The notes: generated from the sequence alone by a model not told the origin. A stretch of DNA of 40,215 nt from a virus (IMGVR_UViG_3300012231_000022:1-40215); one strand, 5' to 3'; shown: positions 8,076 to 17,390, counted from the first letter of the stretch. Numbers and translations: made by a program.

Positions 8076-8224
8076 TCCGTCGCACGCAGCCCCGTTCCAC
8101 AGTCCGGGGCAAGCCGCGAGGCTCCCGGCGAAGTAACAGCGCGTGAAGCTGTAGAAGGGTCGGGCGACCGGCAACCCTTCGTCGTGCAGTGCAAGCAGCG
8201 GATTCACGACGGAGGACGCAGACA
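8076..8224 (+). ncRNA. Structured 5' leader / cis-regulatory RNA of the capsid gene
   Basis: Hairpins at 8104-8128, 8136-8152, 8154-8180 and alternative stem 8176-8186/8205-8215 over the GGAGG SD. Confidence 0.55.
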
Positions 8225-9103
8225 GTGGCTCTACAGGATGAGGCCTGGTTTATTCACGCAGTCTCGGACAACGTCACCCAGCTCGCGCAGCAGAAGCGGA
8301 AGAAGACGGAAGGCTCGACCCGCGTCAAGGACGGCGTGGTCGGCAAGACGTGGCCCTTCAACCGGATCGGCTCCGTCGAGATGAGCCCGGTGGCGCGCGA
8401 CACCGATACGACGTACGTCAACCCGCCCCAGTCGAAGCGCCGGGCGCAGCTCAATGATTTCGGCCTCGCGGCCCTGATCGACGACTTCGACGTGATCAAG
8501 ACCCTCACCAGCCCGCAGAGCGAGATCGCGCAGATCCTCGCCTACGGCCGGAGCCGCAAGATCGACGACTTTGCCCTTGCCTCGGCACTGGCGTCGGCGA
8601 TCACCGTGGACGAGGCCGGGGAGACCACGGGCACCCAGGCCATGCTCGCGGCCAACATCATCGCCAACGGCGGCGCCGGCCTCACCCTCGCCAAGATCAC
8701 GCAGACCGCGGAGATCATGAACGGGACCGACGTCGACGCGGACGATCGGTACTTCTTCTACTCGGCGCACGCCATGACGAATCTCCTGTTGAACACGCAG
8801 GCCACGTCCTCCGACTACTCCACGCTGCAAGCCCTGATGCACGGCAGCTTCCCCTTCGACGCGCAGTGGATGGGCTTCTTCTGGCGCATGACGACGCGCC
8901 TGCCGAAGACCGGCAACATCCGCTCCTGCATCGCGTGGCAGAAGAACGCGATCGGCGTGGCGTTCGGCCTGGTGCAGGAGGTGGAGACGGGCCGGGACCC
9001 CGGCAAGTGGAACAATCCGTTCGTGATGCTCAAGCTCTCCGGTGGCGGCTGCCGCGTCGATGACCTCGGCGTGGTGCAAGTCGACATCGACGAGACGGTG
9101 TAA
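8225..9103 (+). CDS. Major capsid protein
   Basis: GTG 8225 after GGAGG; QLAQQK..FNRIG..KRR..RKIDD..WMGFFW..GGCRVDDLGVVQVDIDE pattern of BPP-1-like capsids. Confidence 0.88.
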   Translation: MALQDEAWFIHAVSDNVTQLAQQKRKKTEGSTRVKDGVVGKTWPFNRIGSVEMSPVARDTDTTYVNPPQSKRRAQLNDFGLAALIDDFDVIKTLTSPQSEIAQILAYGRSRKIDDFALASALASAITVDEAGETTGTQAMLAANIIANGGAGLTLAKITQTAEIMNGTDVDADDRYFFYSAHAMTNLLLNTQATSSDYSTLQALMHGSFPFDAQWMGFFWRMTTRLPKTGNIRSCIAWQKNAIGVAFGLVQEVETGRDPGKWNNPFVMLKLSGGGCRVDDLGVVQVDIDETV

Positions 9104-9115
9104 GGAGGCGCCCCC

Positions 9116-9574
9116 ATGGCCACCATCTACGCAGACGAACTGGTTCGGCAGCGCGCGGGGCGCAACCTCCAGCCCCACGAGTGGCACGGCAAGGTGCGCG
9201 AGATCAAGTACGACTTCGCCGCCTTGCCGGCGGGCAACGTCGGCGACGTCCTCGTCCTCGGCCGCCTGCTCAAGGACGAGCGGATCCTTCTCGGCGCGGA
9301 GTGGCACAGCGCCGGCGGGGCCGGGACGTTCCACATCGGCACCTACGCGATCGCGGCCGACGGGATCTCCCTCGGCGCGGTCATCACCGCGGCGCAGTTC
9401 GTGAACGGCGCCAGCAACGCCGTCAGTGCCGCGCCGCTCCTCTGGCCGTTGACCACGGCGACCTTCCCGAACTTCATCGCGACGGCCGACGTGTTCCTCG
9501 CGATCACCAACGTCGGCACGGCCTTCACCACGGCGGCGCGCTTCACGGGCTCCGTGCTGATCGTCGGCGACTGA
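9116..9574 (+). CDS. Capsid cement/decoration protein
   Basis: Strong SD AAGGAGG; beta-rich 152 aa directly after capsid gene. Confidence 0.65.
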   Translation: MATIYADELVRQRAGRNLQPHEWHGKVREIKYDFAALPAGNVGDVLVLGRLLKDERILLGAEWHSAGGAGTFHIGTYAIAADGISLGAVITAAQFVNGASNAVSAAPLLWPLTTATFPNFIATADVFLAITNVGTAFTTAARFTGSVLIVGD

Positions 9575-9582
9575 TCTCAACC

Positions 9583-9612
9583 GGGCGGCGGGGCTGCGGC
9601 TCCGTCGCCCTT
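9583..9612 (+). terminator. GC-rich hairpin (terminator/attenuator) after capsid-cement genes
   Basis: gggcggcggggc-tgcg-gctccgtcgccc followed by only TT. Confidence 0.45.
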
Positions 9613-9624
9613 GGAGGACCGCGT

Positions 9625-9852
9625 ATGAAGGCCAAGGCTCGGTACACGGTGACCGCGATCGGCGGCACGTCCGTCACGCTCACGCCGAAAGGCGCCGGGG
9701 GGCGCGAAGATGATGACCTCGGCGGCGCACCCGGCCTCTTCGGCACGGGCACCATCGTCGTCACGCAGGGGGCGACACCCGACGCTACGTTCTGGAAGCT
9801 CTTCTCGGCCTCCGGCGTGGAGTACCTCGTCGAAGTGACGCGGCTCGGATAA
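9625..9852 (+). CDS. Small beta-rich virion-associated protein
   Basis: GGAGG SD; late operon. Confidence 0.6.
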   Translation: MKAKARYTVTAIGGTSVTLTPKGAGGREDDDLGGAPGLFGTGTIVVTQGATPDATFWKLFSASGVEYLVEVTRLG

Positions 9853-9855
9853 CCC

Positions 9856-10230
9856 ATGGCCACCATCACGCCCGTCCGCGTCCAGACGCCGTACGACGTC
9901 GACATGGAGATTTGGAAGTGGATCGGCATGGCGGCCGGCGACGTCGCGCTGCCCGTCCTCTGCAACTACAAGCAGGACAAGAGCGTCAAGTGGATCGCGG
10001 CGACCGTGGGCACGGCCGTCGCCACCATCCAGGGCGACATTGACCCCGCGGGCGGCAGCTTCGCCATCCTGCACGACACGCGCGGCTTCGCCAACCCGCT
10101 CACCATCACGCTCGCCACCACGGCCACCATTGCCCAGATTCTCGAAGCCTGCTACGCGGTCAAGCCCGTCCTGACGGGCGGCGCGACCACGGCGGGCTTC
10201 GACACCTGGCTGTTCTTGCGAGGGAGGTAG
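9856..10230 (+). CDS. Putative head decoration protein
   Basis: Beta-rich 124 aa with clear coding bias. Confidence 0.6.
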   Translation: MATITPVRVQTPYDVDMEIWKWIGMAAGDVALPVLCNYKQDKSVKWIAATVGTAVATIQGDIDPAGGSFAILHDTRGFANPLTITLATTATIAQILEACYAVKPVLTGGATTAGFDTWLFLRGR

Positions 10231-10236
10231 CTCTCC

Positions 10237-10785
10237 ATGCCCAAGACGCCGCCCGAGTCCTCCCTGCCCGCGCCGGCCCCGGAGCCGGCCCGCCCCGCGA
10301 TGCCCGCCACGCAGGCGCGCGAGCTGGCCCGCGACGAAGTCGCGCGCTGGACGCGGGCCCTCGAGGTGCTCACCGCGGCGGCGACCTACGAGGACGAGGC
10401 AGGGGATCTCGACCGACGCCTCGCGCAGCTCCGCGAGACCCGCGCGACGGCCGAAGCCGCGCATGCGGCCGTCCTGTCCGAGCACGAGCGGACGGCGGCG
10501 GCGGCCGAAGCGGACGCCCAGCGTCGCATCGATGCGGCGGATGCCGACGCCAAGGCGATCGAGGCCGAGCGGGACCGCGTCGTCACCGAGGCGCAGGCCG
10601 CGATCGACGCCAAGCAGGCCGAGCTGATCCAGATCGAGCGCGATCGGAACGCGGCCAAGACGAAGGCGACGGAGGAGCTGGCCGAGCTCCACGCGCAGAA
10701 GGAAGCCACCCAGGCCGAGGTGGACGAGACGGTGCACCGCATCGGAGACGCCGTGCGGGCGAAGCTGACGGCGGCGCGCAGCTAG
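10237..10785 (+). CDS. Coiled-coil protein
   Basis: A/E/R-rich heptad character; GGGAGG SD. Confidence 0.65.
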   Translation: MPKTPPESSLPAPAPEPARPAMPATQARELARDEVARWTRALEVLTAAATYEDEAGDLDRRLAQLRETRATAEAAHAAVLSEHERTAAAAEADAQRRIDAADADAKAIEAERDRVVTEAQAAIDAKQAELIQIERDRNAAKTKATEELAELHAQKEATQAEVDETVHRIGDAVRAKLTAARS

Positions 10786-10786
10786 C

Positions 10787-11566
10787 ATGCCCGAAACGGT
10801 TATCGCGCCGTCGGCGGGGCCGAGCGGGAGCGGCTCGACCCCGACGGGCACGGGCTTCGTGCACGTCACTGGCGGTGTCCAGGACGGTGCGTCGAAGCTC
10901 GTCGACACGGCGGACGTCAACGCCGATCAGATCACGAATGCCCTGCTCGCGGAGATGGCGACGCTCACGCTGAAGGGGAACAATACCGGAGGCGCGGGCA
11001 ACCCCCTGGACCTCACCGTCGCGAACGTCTTGGCGATGCTCGGCGCGCCATCCGTGTACGCGCGAAACAACGCCTTCACGTACAACACGGACAGTGCCGA
11101 GCGGAACGTCCTCTCGTTCTCGGCGCTCGCGAACGACCTGGGGACGGACAAGGGTTTCCTGATCGTCGCGGGCGGCAACGTCCTCAGCAACAGCGGCGTG
11201 AACACGTCGACGTGGCGGGTCAAGCTCGGGGCGACGACGCTGTGGGGTGACGCGAGCGCGGCGTACACGAATAACGCGACCCGGCGCGCGTGGCTGCTCA
11301 TCGCCTGGCTCGGGAACCGGGGGGCGACCAACTCTCAAGGGGCCTACGGACTGGGCATCGTGTCGACTGTGACGGCTGCAAGTGTGGCCGGTCTCGGCGA
11401 CATTGCCGTTGGCGCGGCTGGCGTTCCGTACCACAGCTTCGTCTTTAGGGGGACTGCAGCGGAAGACACGACGGCCGACAAGACACTGTCGCTCACCCAC
11501 CAGTTCGCGGTGAGCAACGCCGCCGACGAGCTTGTCGTTGACAACGCCCTGGCGATCCTGCTATGA
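10787..11566 (+). CDS. Fibre-like virion protein
   Basis: ITNALLAEMATLTLKGNNTGGAGNPLDLTVANV fibre-shaft motif and beta-rich C-terminal domain. Confidence 0.6.
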   Translation: MPETVIAPSAGPSGSGSTPTGTGFVHVTGGVQDGASKLVDTADVNADQITNALLAEMATLTLKGNNTGGAGNPLDLTVANVLAMLGAPSVYARNNAFTYNTDSAERNVLSFSALANDLGTDKGFLIVAGGNVLSNSGVNTSTWRVKLGATTLWGDASAAYTNNATRRAWLLIAWLGNRGATNSQGAYGLGIVSTVTAASVAGLGDIAVGAAGVPYHSFVFRGTAAEDTTADKTLSLTHQFAVSNAADELVVDNALAILL

Positions 11567-11835
11567 CGCTCGCCTTCTTGAACGCGTACGGCGCTGTGTC
11601 GCGCCCCCAGATGGACGCGCACCTTGCGGCCGAGCTCGGACTTCAGGGCGTCGCGACTTCGGCCGACTCCCGCTATCACCTGGTCCAGCATTCAGAGCTG
11701 ACGGAGGCGGATCGACCGCGCATCCAGGCCGCCCTCGATCGGTACGTCTTCGATCCGACCTACGGGGCCGCACCACCCGTGAAGACGCTCGAGGAGCGCC
11801 TGGCGGCCCTTGAGGCGGCGATCCCGGTCAGGTAA
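11563..11835 (+). CDS. Putative fibre assembly chaperone
   Basis: Ends KTLEERLAALEA; follows fibre gene. Confidence 0.5.
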   Translation: MTLAFLNAYGAVSRPQMDAHLAAELGLQGVATSADSRYHLVQHSELTEADRPRIQAALDRYVFDPTYGAAPPVKTLEERLAALEAAIPVR

Positions 11836-12998
11836 TGCCCTCCTACGAGCCGCCCAAGCGAGCGACCGAGTACATCACCTACGTCGCGCTCATCGACTCG
11901 GCGAGCGGCAAGCTCTTCAAGGTGAACCCGACGCTCGCGGCCGGCGACGTCAAGGTGTCCATCGATGGCGCCGCCGAGGCCAATCTCGCCACGCTGCCCG
12001 TGGTCACCCCAGCCGGCTCTAGGCGCGTGAAAGTGGTCGTATCCGTCGCCGAAATGACTGGCGACAACATCGGCATCCTGTTCTCCGACGCCGCGGGCGC
12101 GGAGTGGAACGACCTGTTCATCAACCTCCAGACCGCCGCGCGCCAGATCGACGACCTCGCGTTCCCTACAGTGGCGGGCCGCAGTATCGACGTCGAGACC
12201 ACTGGTGAAGTCGGGCTGAGCTTCGACAACATCAAGGCGGCCTCGGCGCCCACGACGCTGACGAATATCACCGTCCCCGTCGTCACCGGCGTGACGAACG
12301 ACGTCGGGATCACCCAGGCGGGCGCCGACAAAGCGTGGGGCACGGCGGCGCGGACGCTGACCGCGTTCGGCTTCTCGGTGGCGATCAGTGGCGCGGCGGT
12401 GCAGGCCATCTGGGATGCCCTCGTCGCGAGCCTCACGACGGCGAACAGCATCGGCAAGCGCATCGTCGACTTCCTCACGGGGGACGCCTTCGCGCGCCTC
12501 GGGGCGCCCGCCGGCGCCAGCACGGCCGCGGACATCGCGGCGGTCAAGGCCGAAACCGCCACGATCCAGGCGAAGACGACCAACCTCCCCGCGGATCCCG
12601 CGGACGAGAGCAACACGCAAGGTCGGTTCAACACCATTGACGCAGCCCTGGGCCTGATCGACGACTTCCTCGACACCGAAGTCGCCGCGATCAAGGCGAA
12701 GACGGATAACTTGCCGGCGGACCCGGCCGACGCGTCGGACGTTGCGGCTTTGATCGATGCGGTCCCGACGGCGACCGAGAACGCTGACACGCTGCTGAAC
12801 AGGGACCTGTCCGCGGTCACTGTGACGAACTCGCGCAGCCCGATCAACGGCATCCGGCTGCTCAGAAACAAGTGGTCCCTGACGGCGATCCCCGGCTCGC
12901 TGGTGGTCTACGAGGAGGATGACACCACCATCGCCTGGCAGGCCCCCGTCACCACCGACCCCGCGGCCGAGCCCGTGACGAGCGTCGACCCGACATGA
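11835..12998 (+). CDS. Fibre/appendage virion protein with internal repeats
   Basis: Beta-sandwich-like N-terminus; repeated AKT(T/D)NLPADPAD(E/A)S; VQAIWD motif. Confidence 0.65.
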   Translation: MPSYEPPKRATEYITYVALIDSASGKLFKVNPTLAAGDVKVSIDGAAEANLATLPVVTPAGSRRVKVVVSVAEMTGDNIGILFSDAAGAEWNDLFINLQTAARQIDDLAFPTVAGRSIDVETTGEVGLSFDNIKAASAPTTLTNITVPVVTGVTNDVGITQAGADKAWGTAARTLTAFGFSVAISGAAVQAIWDALVASLTTANSIGKRIVDFLTGDAFARLGAPAGASTAADIAAVKAETATIQAKTTNLPADPADESNTQGRFNTIDAALGLIDDFLDTEVAAIKAKTDNLPADPADASDVAALIDAVPTATENADTLLNRDLSAVTVTNSRSPINGIRLLRNKWSLTAIPGSLVVYEEDDTTIAWQAPVTTDPAAEPVTSVDPT

Positions 12999-13180
12999 GC
13001 GACGGCTTCGGCGCGCCGCTCTTCGTCCTCGGCCTCGCGGCCGTGCCCGCGGCACCGCCGGCGCCCGCGGGCTTCCGGTCGCCGGTCTTCATCCTCGGCG
13101 TGGCCGGGACGCCGGGCGTCACGCCCCCCGCGTCGAGCGAGGCCGAGTATCAGCCCACGTGGCGCCCGAGGAGACGCTGA
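12995..13180 (+). CDS. Small Pro-rich protein with duplicated P(L/V)F(V/I)LG motif
   Basis: Coupled on both sides; basic WRPRRR end. Confidence 0.55.
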   Translation: MSDGFGAPLFVLGLAAVPAAPPAPAGFRSPVFILGVAGTPGVTPPASSEAEYQPTWRPRRR

Positions 13181-13761
13181 TGCCCACCGCCGCGGTGCCC
13201 GTGGTAAATCGCGCGCTCGTGACCCTGCTCGGCGATAAGCCCATCGCTGATCTCGCCGAGGATTCCACGCGGGCGATTGTGTGCGCGACGGAGTACGAGC
13301 CCCTGGTCTCGGAGCTCTTCGAGGGCCATGACTGGAACTTTGCCAGCCTGCGCGTGGCGAGCCTGGCCCCGCTGCTCGACGGGCCCCTGTGGGACTACGC
13401 CTACGCCTTCCAGCTCCCCGCGGACTGCGTGCGCGTGCGGGCCACGAGCGAGGATCGGGCCGAGGGCGGCGACGGCAGCCGCTGGCAGGTGGAGGGGCGC
13501 ACCCTCGTCGCCGACGTCTCGACGATCAGCCTCCGCTACACGGCGCGCGTGCCCGAAGGCCACTGGCGGGCCGCGTTCGCCACGGCCGTGGCCTATGCGC
13601 TGGCGGCCCGGATCGCGCTCGCGATCACCGGCAAGGCCTCGGTCAAGGAGCTGTACGAGAAGCTGGCGCCGCGCCAGCTCGCGCTGGCCAAGGCGCTCGA
13701 CGGCCAGGAAGGCTCCCCGCGGCGCTACATCACCGACGCGCTCACGCGCGATCGAGACTAA
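13180..13761 (+). CDS. Tail tubular protein A / adaptor
   Basis: VVNRALVTLLG..HDWNFA..YAFQLPADCVRV motif. Confidence 0.82.
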   Translation: MPTAAVPVVNRALVTLLGDKPIADLAEDSTRAIVCATEYEPLVSELFEGHDWNFASLRVASLAPLLDGPLWDYAYAFQLPADCVRVRATSEDRAEGGDGSRWQVEGRTLVADVSTISLRYTARVPEGHWRAAFATAVAYALAARIALAITGKASVKELYEKLAPRQLALAKALDGQEGSPRRYITDALTRDRD

Positions 13762-16298
13762 TGTCCACCGTCAAGACGCGCGCGACTGATTGGACGGCGG
13801 GGGAGTGGTCGGACACGCTCGGCGGCCGGGTCGACGTCGACAAGTACGGGCACGGCGCCGCCCGGATCGAGAACCTGCTCCTTACGCAGGGCGGCGGCCT
13901 CCGGCGCCGGCCTGGCACCGGGCATCGGGGCATCGCCGCCGGGAAGGCGCGGCTGATCCCGTTCATCTTCGCCCAGGGCGACGCCTACACGATCGAGATG
14001 AGCGAGGGGCTGTTCCGCTTCTACACGTCGGACGGCCGGGTTGAGAGCGCCCCCGGCGTGCCCGTCCAGGTGGGACACACCTATTTCGTCGACGAGCTGC
14101 CCACGGTCAACTGGACGCCGTCGGCCGACGTCCTGCTCTTCGCGCATCCGGCGCACCCGCCCTCGCGGCTCGAGCGGCTCCTCACCGACGGCCAGCTCTG
14201 GCGCGTCCGGGACGTGCCCCTCTACCCGCCGCCCTCGTACGAGTACGGCCAGCGGCCCACGACGGCCGGCGCGACGCTCACGCCGAGCGCCACCTCGGGC
14301 GTCGTCACCCTGACCGCCTCCGCGGCGATCTTCCTCGTCGCCGATATCGGGCGCGAGGCGGTGGTCCTCGCCGGCGTCAACGTGGGGGCGCGGGCCACGA
14401 TCACCGCCTTCACCGACACCGCACATGTGACGGCGACCGTGACCGAGGCGTTCACCAACGTCACCGCGACGGCCGCCTGGAGCTGGAAGATGACCGACTC
14501 GCCGAAGACGACGTGCACGCCGGGCGCCAAAGACCCGGTGGGGATCAACACCACGCTGACCTTGGGTGGCAACGGGTGGCGGACCGGCGACGTGGGGAAG
14601 TTCGTCCGCGTGCACGGCGGCACCTATCGCATCACCAGCATCACCAGCCCGCTCATCGTGCAGGCCGATATCTTCTCCGAGGCCACGGCGATCACCGCGG
14701 CGCCGTCCAACACCTGGAGCCTCGAGGAGGCCGCCTTCTCCGCGGACAACGGCTACCCCGCAGTCGTGGCCTTCGCCGAGGATCGGCTCTGGTACTTCGG
14801 CACGCCCGCGCAGCCGCTCACCTTCTGGGCCTCCAAGTCCGGCGACTACTACAACTTCGCGCAGGGCGTCCTGGCCGCCGACGCCCTGATCGGCACGCTC
14901 AACAGCGACCAGGTCAACGCGATCCGCTGGGCGGTGCCCTACCAGCGCGGGCTCATGGTGGGGACCGCCGGGGATGAGTGGTCGATCGACGCGGGCGAGG
15001 GGAACACGCTCACCCCCGACAGCCTCGCGCAGGCGGTGAAGCCGGCCACCAGCTACGGGTCGACGGCGATCGGGCGGCCGCTGAAGATCGGCAACGTCGT
15101 GCTCTTCGTGACGCGGAGCCGGCGCAAGCTGCGCGAGCTCGCCCCGGACCCGAACGCGATCACCGTCTCCTACGTCGCGCCGGACATGACGCTCCTCGCC
15201 GATCACCTGACGACGCCCGTCTCGATCATGGCCGTGAAGCAGAACCGGCGCGTCGTCGAGCTGGCGTGGCAGCGTGAGCCACAGCAGACGGTGTGGGCGG
15301 CGCGCGAGGACGGCACGCTGCTGTCTCTCGCCTACATCCGAGAGCAGAACGTCGTCGGCTGGTGCCGGCACGTGCTGAGCCCGACCCTGACCCTCGACGG
15401 CGACGGCCGGCAGATCCCGGCCGCGACCGACGGCCTCGTCGAGAGCGTCTGCGTGATTCCGCACGCGGCGGGCGACCGGGACCAGGTGTGGCTCAGCGTG
15501 GCGCGCACCGTCGGCGGCGCTCTGGTGCGCCACGTGGAGGTGCTGGAGGAGCAAGGCACCGTCTTCGACGACGGCTTCGTGTGTGACGCCGCGGTGAGCT
15601 TCGACGGCCAGGTGTACGACCGCACGCTCACGCTCTTCGCCGAGACGGGCACCGGGATCACCTTCACGACGGACGCCGCGTTCTTCGACGCGGGCATGGT
15701 CGGGAGCGAGATCCGCCACGTCCTGAGTGGCGCGCGGGCGACCATCGCGGCCTACGTCTCGCCCACCTCCGTGCAGGCCGATATCACGATCCCCTTCACC
15801 GGCCTCAGCCCCGCGCTCGCGCCGGGGCAGTGGGGCATCGCCGTCGACTTCCTCGGCGGGCTCGACCACCTCGAGGGGCGAACGGCCCAGATCGTCGGCG
15901 ATGGCGGCGTCTACCCGCCCCAGACGGTCGTGGGTGGCGCGGTGGACCTGGTGGGCGGGCCGGGCGCCATGAAGATCGAGGCGGGGCTCGGCTCCACGAG
16001 CCGGCTCAAGACGCTGCGCCCCGAGGTGGCCGGGCTCGGGACGGTCCAGGGGCGCCCGAAGCGGAACGCGCGCGTGGTGCTGCGCGTGCACAAGAGCGCC
16101 GGCTTCACGCTCAGCGGCAAGGTCCAGCCCTTCCGGCGCGGCGGGGATCCGCTCGGGACCGGCACGCTGCCGCAGAGCCGGGACATCGACCTCGCTGACC
16201 TCGGGTGGGATACGGACGGCCAGCTCGAGATCGAGCAGGCCAACCCGTTGCCGCTCACGCTGCTGGGCCTGTTCCCGCTGCTGGCGACGGACGATTGA
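13761..16298 (+). CDS. Tail tubular protein B / nozzle
   Basis: 845 aa; WTAGE..GGLRRRPGT..RLIPF..YPAVVAFAEDRL..SKSGDYYNF..QNVVGWCRH..PLPLTLL. Confidence 0.85.
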   Translation: MSTVKTRATDWTAGEWSDTLGGRVDVDKYGHGAARIENLLLTQGGGLRRRPGTGHRGIAAGKARLIPFIFAQGDAYTIEMSEGLFRFYTSDGRVESAPGVPVQVGHTYFVDELPTVNWTPSADVLLFAHPAHPPSRLERLLTDGQLWRVRDVPLYPPPSYEYGQRPTTAGATLTPSATSGVVTLTASAAIFLVADIGREAVVLAGVNVGARATITAFTDTAHVTATVTEAFTNVTATAAWSWKMTDSPKTTCTPGAKDPVGINTTLTLGGNGWRTGDVGKFVRVHGGTYRITSITSPLIVQADIFSEATAITAAPSNTWSLEEAAFSADNGYPAVVAFAEDRLWYFGTPAQPLTFWASKSGDYYNFAQGVLAADALIGTLNSDQVNAIRWAVPYQRGLMVGTAGDEWSIDAGEGNTLTPDSLAQAVKPATSYGSTAIGRPLKIGNVVLFVTRSRRKLRELAPDPNAITVSYVAPDMTLLADHLTTPVSIMAVKQNRRVVELAWQREPQQTVWAAREDGTLLSLAYIREQNVVGWCRHVLSPTLTLDGDGRQIPAATDGLVESVCVIPHAAGDRDQVWLSVARTVGGALVRHVEVLEEQGTVFDDGFVCDAAVSFDGQVYDRTLTLFAETGTGITFTTDAAFFDAGMVGSEIRHVLSGARATIAAYVSPTSVQADITIPFTGLSPALAPGQWGIAVDFLGGLDHLEGRTAQIVGDGGVYPPQTVVGGAVDLVGGPGAMKIEAGLGSTSRLKTLRPEVAGLGTVQGRPKRNARVVLRVHKSAGFTLSGKVQPFRRGGDPLGTGTLPQSRDIDLADLGWDTDGQLEIEQANPLPLTLLGLFPLLATDD

Positions 16299-16479
16299 TG
16301 CGCTCCGTATTGGCGCGAGCGTCGTCGAGTGACTGGCCGCGCACGTACGTGAGGCGCAACTCGGCCAGCTCGGGGCTCTCGGCGATCAGGGCGGCGCATT
16401 CGTCGAGCCACGCCTGGACGACGGGGTTGTCCTTCAGCGCGGGGTTCGTGGGTACCAGCCGGCAGTCAGGCTCGTCCAT
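16255..16479 (-). CDS. 74-aa antisense-oriented hypothetical protein
   Basis: Fills the gap between nozzle and next gene; MDEPDCRLVPTNPALKDNPVVQAWLDECAALI; own promoter. Confidence 0.5.
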   Translation of the reverse strand: MDEPDCRLVPTNPALKDNPVVQAWLDECAALIAESPELAELRLTYVRGQSLDDARANTERINRPSPAAGTGPAA

Positions 16480-16486
16480 GGCCGGG

Positions 16487-16495
16487 AGTCTAGCA
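16487..16495 (-). promoter_or_regulatory. Extended -10 promoter (TGcTAGACT), leaderless
   Basis: Minus strand tgcTAGACT-cccggcc-ATG, 7 nt to the start codon. Confidence 0.5.
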
Positions 16496-16830
16496 TGACC
16501 GCCCCCCACATCGCCGAGGGCCGGATCGTCGTCACGTGGTGCCCCGAGGGTGTGCCGCTCGGCTGCATCACGGGCCAACTGCACGCCACGACGCCGCCCG
16601 GCTTCGAGGTGGACTGGATCATCCGGTTCCCGGAGAGCCTGCCGGGCGCGGGCGCGGAGATGTGCCTCGCGCTCCTGCCGGTGCTCGTCGAGCGCTACCA
16701 GCTCCGCTGGGTGCTGGTGAAGATCCACGACGCGTACAAGCCCGAGTGGCTCACGACGATGGCGCGGCGCTTCGGCTTCGTGTTCCAGGAACGCCAAGGG
16801 CCGCTGGCGCTGTGGAGGAAGGACCTGTGA
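16495..16830 (+). CDS. GNAT-fold-like protein 2 (T7 gp13-like position)
   Basis: EGVPLG..FEVDWIIRFP..LTTMARRFGF; between nozzle and first ejection protein. Confidence 0.5.
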   Translation: MTAPHIAEGRIVVTWCPEGVPLGCITGQLHATTPPGFEVDWIIRFPESLPGAGAEMCLALLPVLVERYQLRWVLVKIHDAYKPEWLTTMARRFGFVFQERQGPLALWRKDL

Positions 16831-17390
16831 TCACCCTCGTGAGCGGGCTACCGCGCAGTGGCACCAGCCTCGTCATGCGGATGCTCGGCGCCGGCGGGCA
16901 CCCGCTCTGCTACGACCAGCCGGAGTCCTTCGAGTGCGCCGGCTTCCCGCACGTTGATCTGAACGCGGCCGAGGGGCGGGCGCTGAAATGGCTGGACCCG
17001 TTCACGCTGGGCGGGCCGCCGTCGGGGCGCGCGTATCGGACGATCGTGCTCACCCGCGGTCCGCACGAACAGGCGCGCTCGATGCTGCGCTTCGTCGCGG
17101 CCGCGCTCGGGATGCGCCTGCCCGCCGCGGGGCTCGTGGAGGCGCTCCGACGCGACACGCCCCGGCTGGCGCCCTTCTGGGGCGCGTACGGGCCGGTGCT
17201 GCCGCTCACCTTCGAGGACCTCCTTGCGCATCCGCACGAGACCGCCGGCCAGCTCGCGACCTTCTGCGGCCTCCCGTTCTCGGTGGCGATGGCCGCGCAG
17301 GTGCGTGCCAGAGGCCCTCAGGCGTCAAAGGAGCCCCGTGAGCTGACGATGGCGCACGATCCCGCCCTCTGGCATGGAGCGCCCGCGTGA
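16827..17390 (+). CDS. Sulfotransferase-family P-loop protein
   Basis: ITLVSGLPRSGTSLVMRML (5'-PSB loop), IVLTR..EQARS (3'-PB), LTFEDLLAHP. Confidence 0.75.
   Translation: MITLVSGLPRSGTSLVMRMLGAGGHPLCYDQPESFECAGFPHVDLNAAEGRALKWLDPFTLGGPPSGRAYRTIVLTRGPHEQARSMLRFVAAALGMRLPAAGLVEALRRDTPRLAPFWGAYGPVLPLTFEDLLAHPHETAGQLATFCGLPFSVAMAAQVRARGPQASKEPRELTMAHDPALWHGAPA

Noticed and set aside
16205-16498. Plus-strand ORF MRSVLARASSSDWP filling the post-nozzle gap
   Set aside because: Ser-rich with poor codon pattern; it is the shadow of the better-supported minus-strand ORF
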